A stretch of 44,777 bases of DNA, taken from positions 1 to 44,777 of IMG/VR virus record IMGVR_UViG_3300032247_000728; one strand, given 5' to 3'. The notes beneath the pieces are model-generated. The model made no database searches, was not told where the DNA came from, and saw only the letters and a program-made list of their open reading frames with translations. Source of the stretch: a virus. Taxonomy: Duplodnaviria > Caudoviricetes. Within the stretch, counting starts at the first letter, position 1. The number at the start of each line of letters is the position of its first letter. Shown here piece by piece: positions 34,226 through 44,115 of the stretch. Made by a program: the position numbers and the translations under genes.

Positions 34226-35928
34226 TATCGTTTTGTGTGTGTAGATTCTCCGTGCTTGATTGCCTTGAGATACACATTGCGTATTTCAGGGGTGTTGTTG
34301 GTTGCCTCAAACTTAACCTTAACAGAGTTAGCAAGTTTCTTAACCGGGAATCTAAACAGCACATCGTTTGTCTTTTCTGCTTTGTGTGTAAATCCGCTAG
34401 TCTCAGAATCTGGGTTTGTGCAAATGAGACTAATCTTAAGTTCGTCGTCGGTTTTCATATAGCAGTCTGATTGTACATTAGATATACGCTTTTGGTCTGT
34501 TGAGTTAAATAGATATCCTCTTGTTATAAGTTCTCCTGCAATTTGTTGATATCCAGGACCTCCATATGAAATTAACATCTCTGACTCGTCTCCAAGTGTT
34601 GCAGAGTTTCCATTATAGTTAAAAAATGGTGTACCAACAATAATGTCTTTGGTGCTGTCAAACTCTCCTTCTTCGAGCAACAGCAAGCCAAGATTTTCAT
34701 CAACGGCAAATAGTCTATTCTTATTGTTATATTCAAATACAAAGAAGCTCTTAATATTATAGTCATCTGGGTACTTATCAACAGACTCCCATTTTTTTGT
34801 AATAAAGTTAAATACGATTACATTATTGTTATATGTATTTTCAGTTCCATCTTCATTATTTAATGGTAATGCTAAATAATATCTGTTATTCCAGTAAACA
34901 GCGGCTGATTTATGAGCATTATTGATGTTTATTCTTTGTATAATATCGTCGATTTCAGATGATAGTGGTTTAGATATAGTAACTAAACGCATTCCTTCTG
35001 GGGTATTCATTGTACCTTTACCGTTTGCAACACCACTTGGGTCTAGAATATACAAACCGTTGGTTGATAAAAAGAATACGCTTCCACCTGCTTGGACAAT
35101 AGATCCCGGTGCAATACACCCAATATCTGTTGCCATTGACTTAATATAAGAGTTGTCGTCTTTGGGCTCTCCACCAGCCGCTACAGCACCGATGCCAACA
35201 GATGCGTAGTGAATTGATCGTGAGCTAAAAATAAGGAATTCATTTAGTTGCCATGGAGTAATTGCAACAATTTTGTCACCATTACCGCTATTGATTGTAA
35301 ACTGGTCAAGCGAAGACCATGCATTATCTTGTAGGTAATACGATACTGCTATAGACTGTTCGGAGTCCTGTACAATATGTCTATTACCAAAGTATAAACC
35401 CTGTATTGAGTTTGGGTAATTTTCGTGATGTTCAAAGTCTGGAATGCTTAGTTCAACATCATTAATGCCAAATCTTAATGTATACTTATATAGACCAAGA
35501 TTGATATAAATATAATTATTTCCTTGATACATTCTAACATCTGTGCTTTCGTCAACGGTTACACCAACCCATGGCATTAAATCACCTAAAGTTTGAGATT
35601 CTGGCTCATATTTATAAACACCAGAAACTGTTGCAAAAACAAAGTATTTTTGACTTGCATATTCAAATACACAAGAACCGAGAATCTTTAAATCATTTTC
35701 TCTTATATCTCCAGTATCAAGAATCAACGCACCTTTTCTTAAAACAGCAGTACCTTTTTCTAATCTCATGTTCTGAGATTTTGAAACCATTGAAGGTCTT
35801 AAACTGATTGGGTTATCCCTAGAATTTAAACCAATGAAAGACTGATCGCCATCAAGTATGTAGTTTGACTTGTTAGAAGTCTGCTGTACTTGAAGTGATT
35901 CGGGGTCTTGCTGTTGGTCTGATTCCAT
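34225..35928 (-). CDS. Tail nozzle or stabilisation protein (tubular protein B / P22 gp10-like)
   Basis: 567 aa, beta-rich; FIGLNS, IGCIAPGSI and VFFLSTNGLY patterns; position. Confidence 0.75.
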   Translation of the reverse strand: MESDQQQDPESLQVQQTSNKSNYILDGDQSFIGLNSRDNPISLRPSMVSKSQNMRLEKGTAVLRKGALILDTGDIRENDLKILGSCVFEYASQKYFVFATVSGVYKYEPESQTLGDLMPWVGVTVDESTDVRMYQGNNYIYINLGLYKYTLRFGINDVELSIPDFEHHENYPNSIQGLYFGNRHIVQDSEQSIAVSYYLQDNAWSSLDQFTINSGNGDKIVAITPWQLNEFLIFSSRSIHYASVGIGAVAAGGEPKDDNSYIKSMATDIGCIAPGSIVQAGGSVFFLSTNGLYILDPSGVANGKGTMNTPEGMRLVTISKPLSSEIDDIIQRININNAHKSAAVYWNNRYYLALPLNNEDGTENTYNNNVIVFNFITKKWESVDKYPDDYNIKSFFVFEYNNKNRLFAVDENLGLLLLEEGEFDSTKDIIVGTPFFNYNGNSATLGDESEMLISYGGPGYQQIAGELITRGYLFNSTDQKRISNVQSDCYMKTDDELKISLICTNPDSETSGFTHKAEKTNDVLFRFPVKKLANSVKVKFEATNNTPEIRNVYLKAIKHGESTHTKR

Positions 35929-36050
35929 TATTTCTTGTCAAAGAACTTTTTGGCTTCTTCTTCCTTTTTAGAAATTTTGGCTACATTATTATGGTAAAAC
36001 AAAATACCAGTAATGGTTCCAAGTGTAAATGTGATAAGTAAGATAATCAT
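35928..36050 (-). CDS. Small single-pass membrane protein, 40 aa
   Basis: Hand translation MIILLITFTLGTITGILFYHNNVAKISKKEEEAKKFFDKK; TAATG overlap with the next gene. Confidence 0.65.
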   Translation of the reverse strand: MIILLITFTLGTITGILFYHNNVAKISKKEEEAKKFFDKK

Positions 36051-36066
36051 TTTGTTTTTTAAAGGA

Positions 36067-36135
36067 GGGGAGGCACGCTAGAATTGCACTAGCCCTTAGG
36101 GATATTATCCTTTGTCAGTCGCTTGACGCCGACCC
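36067..36135 (-). ncRNA. tRNA-like cloverleaf element (degenerate tRNA or other structured RNA)
   Basis: Closing stem GGGTCGGC/GCCTCCCC, arms GTCA/TGAC and GGAT/ATCC, T-like arm GCTAG-TGCAATT-CTAGC. Confidence 0.5.
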
Positions 36136-36141
36136 ATAAAT

Positions 36142-37689
36142 TTATAGTCCATTTCCGTAAATATTGTATCCCCTGTTACGGAGGTTTATTACAGATGTTG
36201 GAGTTGATGTAAATACTGGCATATTAGTACCAGTAAAATTAAATACTTTAGATATATTATTATAACTACCATCTTCATTTAGTGCATCAACTGCATCTAA
36301 AATATTTGTTATATTTGCTTCTCCAGCAAGGTAGTCATCACTAAAATCATTTCCTTGAAGATTAAGGTATTTAATTCCTGCATTGATAGGAATAAAAGTT
36401 ATATCAGAATAATCCAAGCCACAGTTTGCAAAGTTAATAGAAATTAAATTAGGAAAAGAACCACTCATTGATGCTTCAAAATCATATATAGCACTTTCAG
36501 ATAAATCTACTGCAACTATTGATGAAGGAAGTGAAAAAGTATAAACTCCTCTTCCCCTTGCATAAAGTGATTCCAAGTGAGTAAATGAAGCGTAATTTGT
36601 ATCTGGTAGTGATGCTGGAACATTATATCCAATCCTTAACCATCTTAAGTATGGAAATGTAGTAGCGTTAATAAAACTTAAATCATCTACCGCTACATTG
36701 TCTATTCCAAGTGTTACTGTCCAATTATTATACCAAGTTGATGGAATAGCACCTGCAAGGTTTAGGTATGTTAAAAACAATGTATTTTCTTGACCTCTCA
36801 TAACAAAGTTAGAAACCATATCTAAAAAATTTGTTGTTGAAAATGTAAGATTATTTAAATTTAAATATGTTACTTTTGTACTTCCATCTAAGTTAATGTT
36901 TTCGATTGTTCCAGTTCCACCAATTTTAACATTACTAAGATTTGGCATATTAGTTAATGCAATAGTTCTTACATTTGGACATCCTTTGATATGAAAATTT
37001 TCTAAACCAAAACCATCTAATGTATAATTTTTTACACCATAATCATCACCATCATATTGTTCAAAGTCTCTAAACTGTTTACTTGAACTATAAACAGTTC
37101 CAGCATCTGTTTCTGCTAATGCTATTTGGTGTGGAAATGTTTTTGTATTTTCAAGTCTTGAGTTTGTTACAATCTGATTTTTAAATACAGGAATTTGTGC
37201 TGCAGTAGTCTGAATAGTTCCATCACCAAATCGTAAATGAGCAGTAGTTAATTCTGCCCATTTTCCATCTATATCACCAACTTCTACACCACCATTGTAT
37301 AAAGCACCATATGCATTTGATTGTCCTGCACCAATATTTGCATCTGTTCTTGTAACATACATCTCTGTTGTTTCATAATGACCAGCACTTCCAGCACCAG
37401 TATCAATAATTAAATTACTCTCAATATTAATTGGCTGAACTGTACCATACTCATTGATTGCTTTTAAATAACCTGCTTGCCAGTTAAGTTCATAACCAAC
37501 CGCACAATTAAGCGAGACACCATTGTATCCACCACGACCAGAGTCAAATGAACCTTTAGAAATGTTCTGAATGCCTACTTCGTCAAAACGAATAGCACCA
37601 GACATAATACCACCAGTTCTTAATAATGCCAATGGGTCTGTTTCTACAGTTATACCGCCACCGCCGGGATTAGAGATTTCTATTCCCAT
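36142..37689 (-). CDS. Fibre or receptor-binding protein with C-terminal leucine-rich repeats
   Basis: ETDP and FGDGTIQTTA fibre motifs; LxxLxLxxN-like repeats such as VTYLNLNN, LRWLRIGYN, LISINFANC and IKYLNLQGN. Confidence 0.7.
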   Translation of the reverse strand: MGIEISNPGGGGITVETDPLALLRTGGIMSGAIRFDEVGIQNISKGSFDSGRGGYNGVSLNCAVGYELNWQAGYLKAINEYGTVQPINIESNLIIDTGAGSAGHYETTEMYVTRTDANIGAGQSNAYGALYNGGVEVGDIDGKWAELTTAHLRFGDGTIQTTAAQIPVFKNQIVTNSRLENTKTFPHQIALAETDAGTVYSSSKQFRDFEQYDGDDYGVKNYTLDGFGLENFHIKGCPNVRTIALTNMPNLSNVKIGGTGTIENINLDGSTKVTYLNLNNLTFSTTNFLDMVSNFVMRGQENTLFLTYLNLAGAIPSTWYNNWTVTLGIDNVAVDDLSFINATTFPYLRWLRIGYNVPASLPDTNYASFTHLESLYARGRGVYTFSLPSSIVAVDLSESAIYDFEASMSGSFPNLISINFANCGLDYSDITFIPINAGIKYLNLQGNDFSDDYLAGEANITNILDAVDALNEDGSYNNISKVFNFTGTNMPVFTSTPTSVINLRNRGYNIYGNGL

Positions 37690-37982
37690 TACACTACAGA
37701 GTATGCTACATGGATAACGGTACCTGCATCAGAATATGCTCGTACCACTCCGTTGTAATTATCAATAGAAATGCTCGATTGGGCTAAAAGGTTTAAACCT
37801 TGTGTTCCGTCTGTATTTAATACAATGTTTGCAGTATTGGCACCTTTGTTTTGTAGAATTACAACAATACGCTTTTCGGGAATTGTAGGGTAGTCTAAGA
37901 TTGTAATATAATCATCAGAGACTGCTACATCTGCATGAATGAATTTTCTTAGGAATGGACTGGATACTTTGATATGTGACAT
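37689..37982 (-). CDS. Small beta-rich virion protein
   Basis: 97 aa with an ILQNKG motif, between adaptor and fibre. Confidence 0.6.
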   Translation of the reverse strand: MSHIKVSSPFLRKFIHADVAVSDDYITILDYPTIPEKRIVVILQNKGANTANIVLNTDGTQGLNLLAQSSISIDNYNGVVRAYSDAGTVIHVAYSVV

Positions 37983-37986
37983 TGGA

Positions 37987-38838
37987 TTAGTATGGATTTA
38001 TAAATTTTAGGCGGGGTTGCTGACCTTGCTGGACAGTAAGCTTCTGAATCTCAAAGTCAAGTAATTTAATTGCCTGTGACTCAAATGCAAAACCTTCCTG
38101 ACTCATTTGCTCAGACATTGCCCAATCAGAGTGAATTGCTTTAACAAGATAATGCAAAAAGAATGCAGGAATTGCAACTTTCTCCCATGCATCGTCTGCT
38201 GCCGGGATATTATTGTTATTCACATTGGGTTCTGATGTAGTTGCCTTGATGCATTTCCAGAAATTACCGAGTTTACCACCATAGGCGGTACCGCTTGTCT
38301 TTGAAAAGTAACTATTGGCTTTATAAGCCCAATATACCACTTGACCTGGCACATATGAGGACCCAACGGTATAAATGTCACCAATCAGGTCTGGTGCTGG
38401 CTTTTTGTATGTAATATATAGTTCTTTAGCATCAGATGCGTCTACAAAAATGCGTCTAACGGTTTTAAGCACATTTCCAGATACAACCTCTTCGTATGTG
38501 TCAAAACTAAAGCCAATCTCTTTGACTTTTCCTTTTGAGCGAGGATCCTGTATTGTAACTTGCATGATAGTGCCAATATCCACCTTAAATGTTCCTTCTG
38601 AGTTTGTGATAATACCATCGTCTGGAATTACAATGTAATGCATTGTATCCACATTAACAACTGGAAACTTTGTAATTCTAATCAGGTCCGGGAATGCATC
38701 GTACTCCCAGCCGTACTTTAGACGCTTATCTGCGAAGTCTCTGATTTGGTTAAAACTCTCTTCTGTTAGGAAAGTCTTATCCATCCCAATAGCTTGAATA
38801 GCTTGGGATAATATAGTTTCGAAATCGACGGTTCTCAT
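37987..38838 (-). CDS. Head-tail adaptor (tubular protein A-like) with carbohydrate-binding-like insertion
   Basis: Position after the capsid; helical termini; YVPGQVVYW...FWKCI...WEKV insert. Confidence 0.65.
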   Translation of the reverse strand: MRTVDFETILSQAIQAIGMDKTFLTEESFNQIRDFADKRLKYGWEYDAFPDLIRITKFPVVNVDTMHYIVIPDDGIITNSEGTFKVDIGTIMQVTIQDPRSKGKVKEIGFSFDTYEEVVSGNVLKTVRRIFVDASDAKELYITYKKPAPDLIGDIYTVGSSYVPGQVVYWAYKANSYFSKTSGTAYGGKLGNFWKCIKATTSEPNVNNNNIPAADDAWEKVAIPAFFLHYLVKAIHSDWAMSEQMSQEGFAFESQAIKLLDFEIQKLTVQQGQQPRLKFINPY

Positions 38839-39206
38839 TTTACAATAAAGCCATTAGCGTCAAAGATGCCCTTTGCACCTCCGACCATAGTTCTTTTAAC
38901 TCTGTTATGAACAGCAACCTCTGGGTTGTGTTTCAAAAAATCTTGCATAAATTCTTTATCCTCCCAGCATTCGTAGCCGAGACGAGTTCCCCAATAATGA
39001 AATGCAGCAGGGGGGATTCTTGCTACAAGTTGACCTATGCCTTCAATTGATGATGCGGCATTAGCGTGACCATACGCTGCTAATTGCTTAGCTTGTTTCT
39101 TTGCTTCAACTTCTTGAAGTCTCCAACCATTGAGGAGTTCCTCCTGAACCTGCTTTCGCAGGTCAGAAGGAATCACATCAGCCAAATCTTGGATTAAATC
39201 TGGCAC
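38835..39206 (-). CDS. Hypothetical protein downstream of the capsid gene
   Basis: 123-aa ORF with GTG start. Confidence 0.7.
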   Translation of the reverse strand: MPDLIQDLADVIPSDLRKQVQEELLNGWRLQEVEAKKQAKQLAAYGHANAASSIEGIGQLVARIPPAAFHYWGTRLGYECWEDKEFMQDFLKHNPEVAVHNRVKRTMVGGAKGIFDANGFIVK

Positions 39207-39215
39207 CGCTTAGTA

Positions 39216-40292
39216 TTACTCAGCAGTTAGGTCAAACTTACCGAAGCCAAGAGGATTGTGTACGCACAAACCTGCAACTGCTTCAATCATTCTTGCTGGA
39301 CCACCACCGTAATCAGGCAGATTGGTTACTTCGGCAATATTGCCACCATAACGGATTTCTACGAGATCGAATGGAATTACATATCCAACAGTATGGTTCT
39401 TAAGGAACAATGATGGGTGTAAGCGAAGTGCACCGAAATCTCCTTCGAATACATCAATAGATGCTGTATAAGTAGCATCTGCTGCGTCTCTTTGGAATTG
39501 GCGAACTGCTACAGTCGTGTCGGATGTACCAGTAGAACGAGTGGTGTAGGTTAAGTTGGTAAACGCTCTCTTGAGGATAGGTCCGAGGAGTGCGTCGTAA
39601 GACTTGAATTGACCAGTTTGTTTATAGATAGAAGTCAGAACATTCTGGACTGTGGTTTCGTCAAGGTCATTAACTGAACCAGTAGCAATCGAAGAAGAGG
39701 TTGCATCATTCGCATCATAAGGAAGACAGAACTCATCAGGAACGATGGTTGTGTTTTCATTCGTGTCTTTATCTGCAGCTTTTACGAGCCACTTGTCAAG
39801 ACCACGGGTCTTATAAGGAACTAAAGAACCACTTACAGTTTTTTCTGCTTGTGACGAGTTGGCTGAACAGAAAGTTTTTTCCATGTCACGCTTGAGCATC
39901 GTCATACCCTTAGCAACATTGTTCGCAAGTTCGTCTTTAACGCCGGCGATGTTGGTTACTGAGGATTGGGTTAATTTGGAAACGCGGACGCTTCTACGGA
40001 AGATTTGGATGTACGCAGCGAGTTCATTTCTGTACTGGCGAGCATCGGTCTTGACGTAGTTTTCATAGTCGCCAGATGTTACATCTGTGCCATCTACTAC
40101 ACCGTCGGTTTTAGGATCAGGAAGTGCGTCAACTTGCCAGCGGAACAAAGTTTGCTGTGGTTGGGCACCCTTTCTCGCCATTGACGAGAAAGGAGTATCT
40201 TTAGCATCAACTAAAGAGATGAGGTTTGCAATTTCCTCACGGCGACCAAGTTTATTTGATTGCGAGAGGGTTCTTTCGGTTAACATAGCCAT
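39216..40292 (-). CDS. Major capsid protein (DUF5309/SU10-like)
   Basis: REEIANLISLVDAKDTPF, WQVDAL, QIFRRSVRVS, LKRDME, TRGL and GDFG motifs. Confidence 0.9.
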   Translation of the reverse strand: MAMLTERTLSQSNKLGRREEIANLISLVDAKDTPFSSMARKGAQPQQTLFRWQVDALPDPKTDGVVDGTDVTSGDYENYVKTDARQYRNELAAYIQIFRRSVRVSKLTQSSVTNIAGVKDELANNVAKGMTMLKRDMEKTFCSANSSQAEKTVSGSLVPYKTRGLDKWLVKAADKDTNENTTIVPDEFCLPYDANDATSSSIATGSVNDLDETTVQNVLTSIYKQTGQFKSYDALLGPILKRAFTNLTYTTRSTGTSDTTVAVRQFQRDAADATYTASIDVFEGDFGALRLHPSLFLKNHTVGYVIPFDLVEIRYGGNIAEVTNLPDYGGGPARMIEAVAGLCVHNPLGFGKFDLTAE

Positions 40293-40315
40293 ATTATTTT
40301 ATAGGGTATTAGGGG

Positions 40316-41326
40316 TTATAGGAATTTTGATACTATTGACTTTAGATCTTCTCGTGAACCAGTTTTCGCATATCTGGATTGAGCACCCCTTGCAGTAACA
40401 TCACTTCTGCTGGTTTGAGTGCTCGAAACAATTGGCTTGACCGACATTGATGGTACAGACTTTGATGGTGCTGTCTTCTTAATTGAAGAAGCATTTCTTT
40501 GTAAGTATCCTCTAATGTAATCACCTACAAACAATTCATAATCTGGGAATTTCCTAAAATCAGGAAAGTTCTTTAAAACTTGAGTATATAATTTATATTC
40601 TTGTGAATCTTTATTCTTTAACCATGGATATGTTTCAATTGCGATTGGTTTCCATTGATTACGAGACTTGATGAAATCTAATTGCTTTGGAATATGTAAT
40701 TCCATTGCTTTCATACAGTTTAGTTTCATAGTTCTGACGGTATTAGCATCAAAGTATGTTTCACCAACACTGAATCCATCAGGATTTGCTTCACATTGAT
40801 ATCTTAATTCTCTTGCTTGTTCATACTCTTTTTTAAGAGCATCTACGGTGTCTAAATCTGAAAAAGGATTATCGGGAGTTGGGGCTACTGATGTACCTTT
40901 GTTTTCCAGTTCTTGTACCTTAGATTTGAATGTTTCAAGTTCTGCTTCTAATGCTTCTGCTCGCTCTTCAGCGGACTTACGCAAAGAAGTTAACTTGTCG
41001 ATTCGTTTTTGAACGCCAGTTAAGTTTTGTTCGGGGCTTTCGCCTTCTGTTTCTTGAGAAAGAACATTTTCGCCATCCTCCGCCTTGGGGTCAGTTTCTG
41101 GATTTTCTTCAACTCCGTCGAGTTGCTCTACTTCTCCTTCTTCCGCCTTGTCTTCCGTTTGGGCTTCTTCATCGTTGACTTCTGAAGGTGATGAATTACC
41201 TTCGTCTTGCTCGTCGGAGAACAAGACATCTCGCAATTGGTTTGCAAGACTATTTTCATTAAGAATTCCGAGGTTCTGTTCCGTGGGATTTAAAGATTCT
41301 CCACTATCATCTGGGTTGTTTGTCAT
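40316..41326 (-). CDS. Capsid scaffolding protein
   Basis: Very acidic N-terminus, GVQKRIDKLT coiled coil, immediately upstream of the capsid gene. Confidence 0.85.
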   Translation of the reverse strand: MTNNPDDSGESLNPTEQNLGILNENSLANQLRDVLFSDEQDEGNSSPSEVNDEEAQTEDKAEEGEVEQLDGVEENPETDPKAEDGENVLSQETEGESPEQNLTGVQKRIDKLTSLRKSAEERAEALEAELETFKSKVQELENKGTSVAPTPDNPFSDLDTVDALKKEYEQARELRYQCEANPDGFSVGETYFDANTVRTMKLNCMKAMELHIPKQLDFIKSRNQWKPIAIETYPWLKNKDSQEYKLYTQVLKNFPDFRKFPDYELFVGDYIRGYLQRNASSIKKTAPSKSVPSMSVKPIVSSTQTSRSDVTARGAQSRYAKTGSREDLKSIVSKFL

Positions 41327-41360
41327 ACTTCAGCGTTTAAAGTTCGCAGAAACTAAAATC

Positions 41361-41388
41361 AATGTACTACAGTCTTTAATTTTGTCAA
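41361..41388 (-). promoter_or_regulatory. Putative sigma70 promoter for scaffold and capsid
   Basis: TTGACA-16-TACATT. Confidence 0.55.
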
Positions 41389-41392
41389 GCAA

Positions 41393-41623
41393 TTAGTGCT
41401 TGGCTCGATTGTAATGTACAGAAGTGATTGCAAGATTCTTATATGTGCTTCTCATTGGATTGCCATCTTTGTGGTCAATGTCCTTACCAGCAATCTTCTT
41501 TTTGCCATATTTCTTTTTCATCATCAATCGTGCATGATTTCGTGAAGAACGATGTTTAATTTGCTCAGGTTTACCTTGGTATTCCCGATATTCTTTTTTG
41601 TAGTCTCTTGGTGCGTCAGCCAT
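41393..41623 (-). CDS. Small HNH endonuclease-like protein
   Basis: RDYKKEY...DIDHKDGN...NL...NR. Confidence 0.85.
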   Translation of the reverse strand: MADAPRDYKKEYREYQGKPEQIKHRSSRNHARLMMKKKYGKKKIAGKDIDHKDGNPMRSTYKNLAITSVHYNRAKH

Positions 41624-41625
41624 AA

Positions 41626-41868
41626 TTATTTTCTTCCTTTAAGGTGTAATGCTTCAGAACGAGTACTTTCAAGTAACTCCTTGATATATGCAATTCCATC
41701 AGCTCGCCCGGCCTGGTGTGGTCGCTTATCCTCATTAATGTTTTGATTAATTGCAATATCAACCTCATTTTTATATGCTTGTTCAATGATAAATAGCACA
41801 CCATCCCATAGGTCTGATTGTTCAAATGTTAATGAATTTAACAGTTTAATTTTGTTGTCTTGTTCCAT
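41626..41868 (-). CDS. Small helical protein after the portal gene
   Basis: 80-aa ORF in the usual post-portal position. Confidence 0.7.
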   Translation of the reverse strand: MEQDNKIKLLNSLTFEQSDLWDGVLFIIEQAYKNEVDIAINQNINEDKRPHQAGRADGIAYIKELLESTRSEALHLKGRK

Positions 41869-41871
41869 AAG

Positions 41872-44085
41872 TTATTGTTGTGGAGGAACTTGTGATTGAT
41901 CTTGTGGTTGACCCTGCGGAAGCAACTGGTTTGCTACTGCTTGATCTGGCTGTGGTTGTTCTCCTTGTTTTGCCATTTCAGTAAACTTGTCTCCTACAGG
42001 GGATACCCCAGTTCTACCAATTTCCTTGTTCTTTTCCTGGGAAATAGACATTTGGAGGTTCTTTTGGTAGTTAGATAACAGTTGTTGGAATACACCATCT
42101 GACTTAACCTGTTCTTGTGCTTTTGGATTCTTTTGTAAGATTTCCTGTAATGCACTCATCTTAACACCAGCAGCAGGGTCGTTCTGTGTATATTGTGCTT
42201 CAAGACCCAACATCATTAACGCAAGGTCATTTTGGACATCCTTATACTGCTTTTGACTTGCTGTTGCTTGGTCTGTAAGGATTTCAGCAGCAGTTTCAGG
42301 TGCAATAGCATTAACAAGAATTCTAATAAGTTTATTTCTGTCAATAAGACCACTTGAGTCCATTGGAAGAACGAACTGATTGATTGTCTTAAGTTTTTCT
42401 AAAACGAAATCTGTATCGTGTTCACGAACATCAAACTTAATAGAGAAGTCATACATTTTATGAATTTCTTCTGGTGTTGCTTTAATTTCAATTTCAGTAA
42501 CTCTTTGAATTTCTTCAGGTAAAAGATACTGCAAGCACAAGGAGAACATTTGACGGTACACTTGACTCCACGACATAAAGTAATTATTTACTAAATGCTG
42601 TTGAGTCATCTGCGTGTGTACAGGCAGAATGTTCGCATGGTATAAACCAAGCATAGATGCAATCTTTAATTCAACCCTATCCATTAGAGCAAACGCAGTT
42701 GCTGGGGTGCCTGTTGGACTGGGGAGATATGCATAGTCATCTGGACCGTTAACAGGTAATAACTGTCCCGGACCGATCCTTTGCTGTGCAGCAAGTCTTC
42801 GCTTATACATAATAGGAGGCATAACTTCTAATGCAGTTCTATCTCTAGTTGCATCGTGCTGTGCTTTTAACTCCTCTTGGTCTGTATATAATAATTCAGG
42901 GATTCCACGAGACTCAACAATTGAGCGTCGTAATCTTTCTCTTCTGAATTCAATGAACGGATATTCTCCGTGTGCGTAATCTAAAATTTCGTGCTTGCCG
43001 TAAACATCGTTAGATACTAATGGGCAAAACACCGTGTAGTAGATTGAAGTGAATCCGCCTTTATCAATCTGTTTAGCGTAAGAGTAAACGATTTCGATTA
43101 GGTTATTTGCTTTCTCAACTGCGTTTGGAACAGTATTGATAAGCGGAATTAATGTACTGTCTTGTAAATATCCTGCTTTTCCTGCTGTATTACAAGCTTC
43201 TTCAATAAAGTCTTTATCCCAACCTTCTGTTTCTCCAATTGAACGTAACTGAATTTCAGTCATAAATGTTCTTTTGAAGATTACTCGTGCGTCTTGAAGA
43301 TCAACAGTTTCAGGTGGGAAAGCAATTTCGTCAAATGGTTTAAGTGCTGCCACAACCGGTGCATTTTTATGAATATATGGTTGTTCATAATCAGCAGTTC
43401 CTTTTTCGCTTAAATCTTTACAAATACGTTTTGCTTCATCTTTTTCGCAACCAAGTGATTGCTGAATAATCATTACCACAAAGTCATTATCTGGAGATGT
43501 TTGTAGAAGTTGAACTGCTTGCATAAGCAATCCATTGCCTTGTGATGCAGCGTTTGAAATATCTTCAATTGTAATTGTATCATTTCTTTTTGCTATTCTT
43601 CTTTCCCAACCTACATGAACAGCAGACCAACCAAACTGCAATGTGTACTGAGCCCAAAGTTCTGCTTCACGCTCAAGGTCAGCACGGATTTTGTTTTTAA
43701 CAATCCACTCCATTAGTGTTTGTGAAGCTGCTGCTTGCTCTGCGTCATCTACTTCAACTCCATTTACTTTAATATTTGCTTTCTGCCAAGATGTAATCAG
43801 TAAGGTTACAAGTTGGTTGATTGTTGTATCAATTAAACGAGTTCTAACGTCAGATGCACCTTCAAATGGAAATGGTTCAAATCCTAAGTGTTCTTCATGT
43901 TTTTTGCCATCATCTGACTGACCTTCCCATCTGCACATACGCTGATCGTCAGATGTTGTAAGACGAGACATATTACCACCATAGAAAAGACTTCTATGTA
44001 GTTCGTCATATAAATATTGAATATTTGGCTTATGTGATGAAAAGGCGAGCTTATCATGACCCTGACCCCAGATTTGTTCGGACAT
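41872..44085 (-). CDS. Portal protein
   Basis: 737 aa directly after terL; PFEGASD and SRGIPE motifs; Gln-rich C-terminus. Confidence 0.88.
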   Translation of the reverse strand: MSEQIWGQGHDKLAFSSHKPNIQYLYDELHRSLFYGGNMSRLTTSDDQRMCRWEGQSDDGKKHEEHLGFEPFPFEGASDVRTRLIDTTINQLVTLLITSWQKANIKVNGVEVDDAEQAAASQTLMEWIVKNKIRADLEREAELWAQYTLQFGWSAVHVGWERRIAKRNDTITIEDISNAASQGNGLLMQAVQLLQTSPDNDFVVMIIQQSLGCEKDEAKRICKDLSEKGTADYEQPYIHKNAPVVAALKPFDEIAFPPETVDLQDARVIFKRTFMTEIQLRSIGETEGWDKDFIEEACNTAGKAGYLQDSTLIPLINTVPNAVEKANNLIEIVYSYAKQIDKGGFTSIYYTVFCPLVSNDVYGKHEILDYAHGEYPFIEFRRERLRRSIVESRGIPELLYTDQEELKAQHDATRDRTALEVMPPIMYKRRLAAQQRIGPGQLLPVNGPDDYAYLPSPTGTPATAFALMDRVELKIASMLGLYHANILPVHTQMTQQHLVNNYFMSWSQVYRQMFSLCLQYLLPEEIQRVTEIEIKATPEEIHKMYDFSIKFDVREHDTDFVLEKLKTINQFVLPMDSSGLIDRNKLIRILVNAIAPETAAEILTDQATASQKQYKDVQNDLALMMLGLEAQYTQNDPAAGVKMSALQEILQKNPKAQEQVKSDGVFQQLLSNYQKNLQMSISQEKNKEIGRTGVSPVGDKFTEMAKQGEQPQPDQAVANQLLPQGQPQDQSQVPPQQ

Positions 44086-44115
44086 AGTTTTTACTTAGTT
44101 AATTTTTTAAAATAG

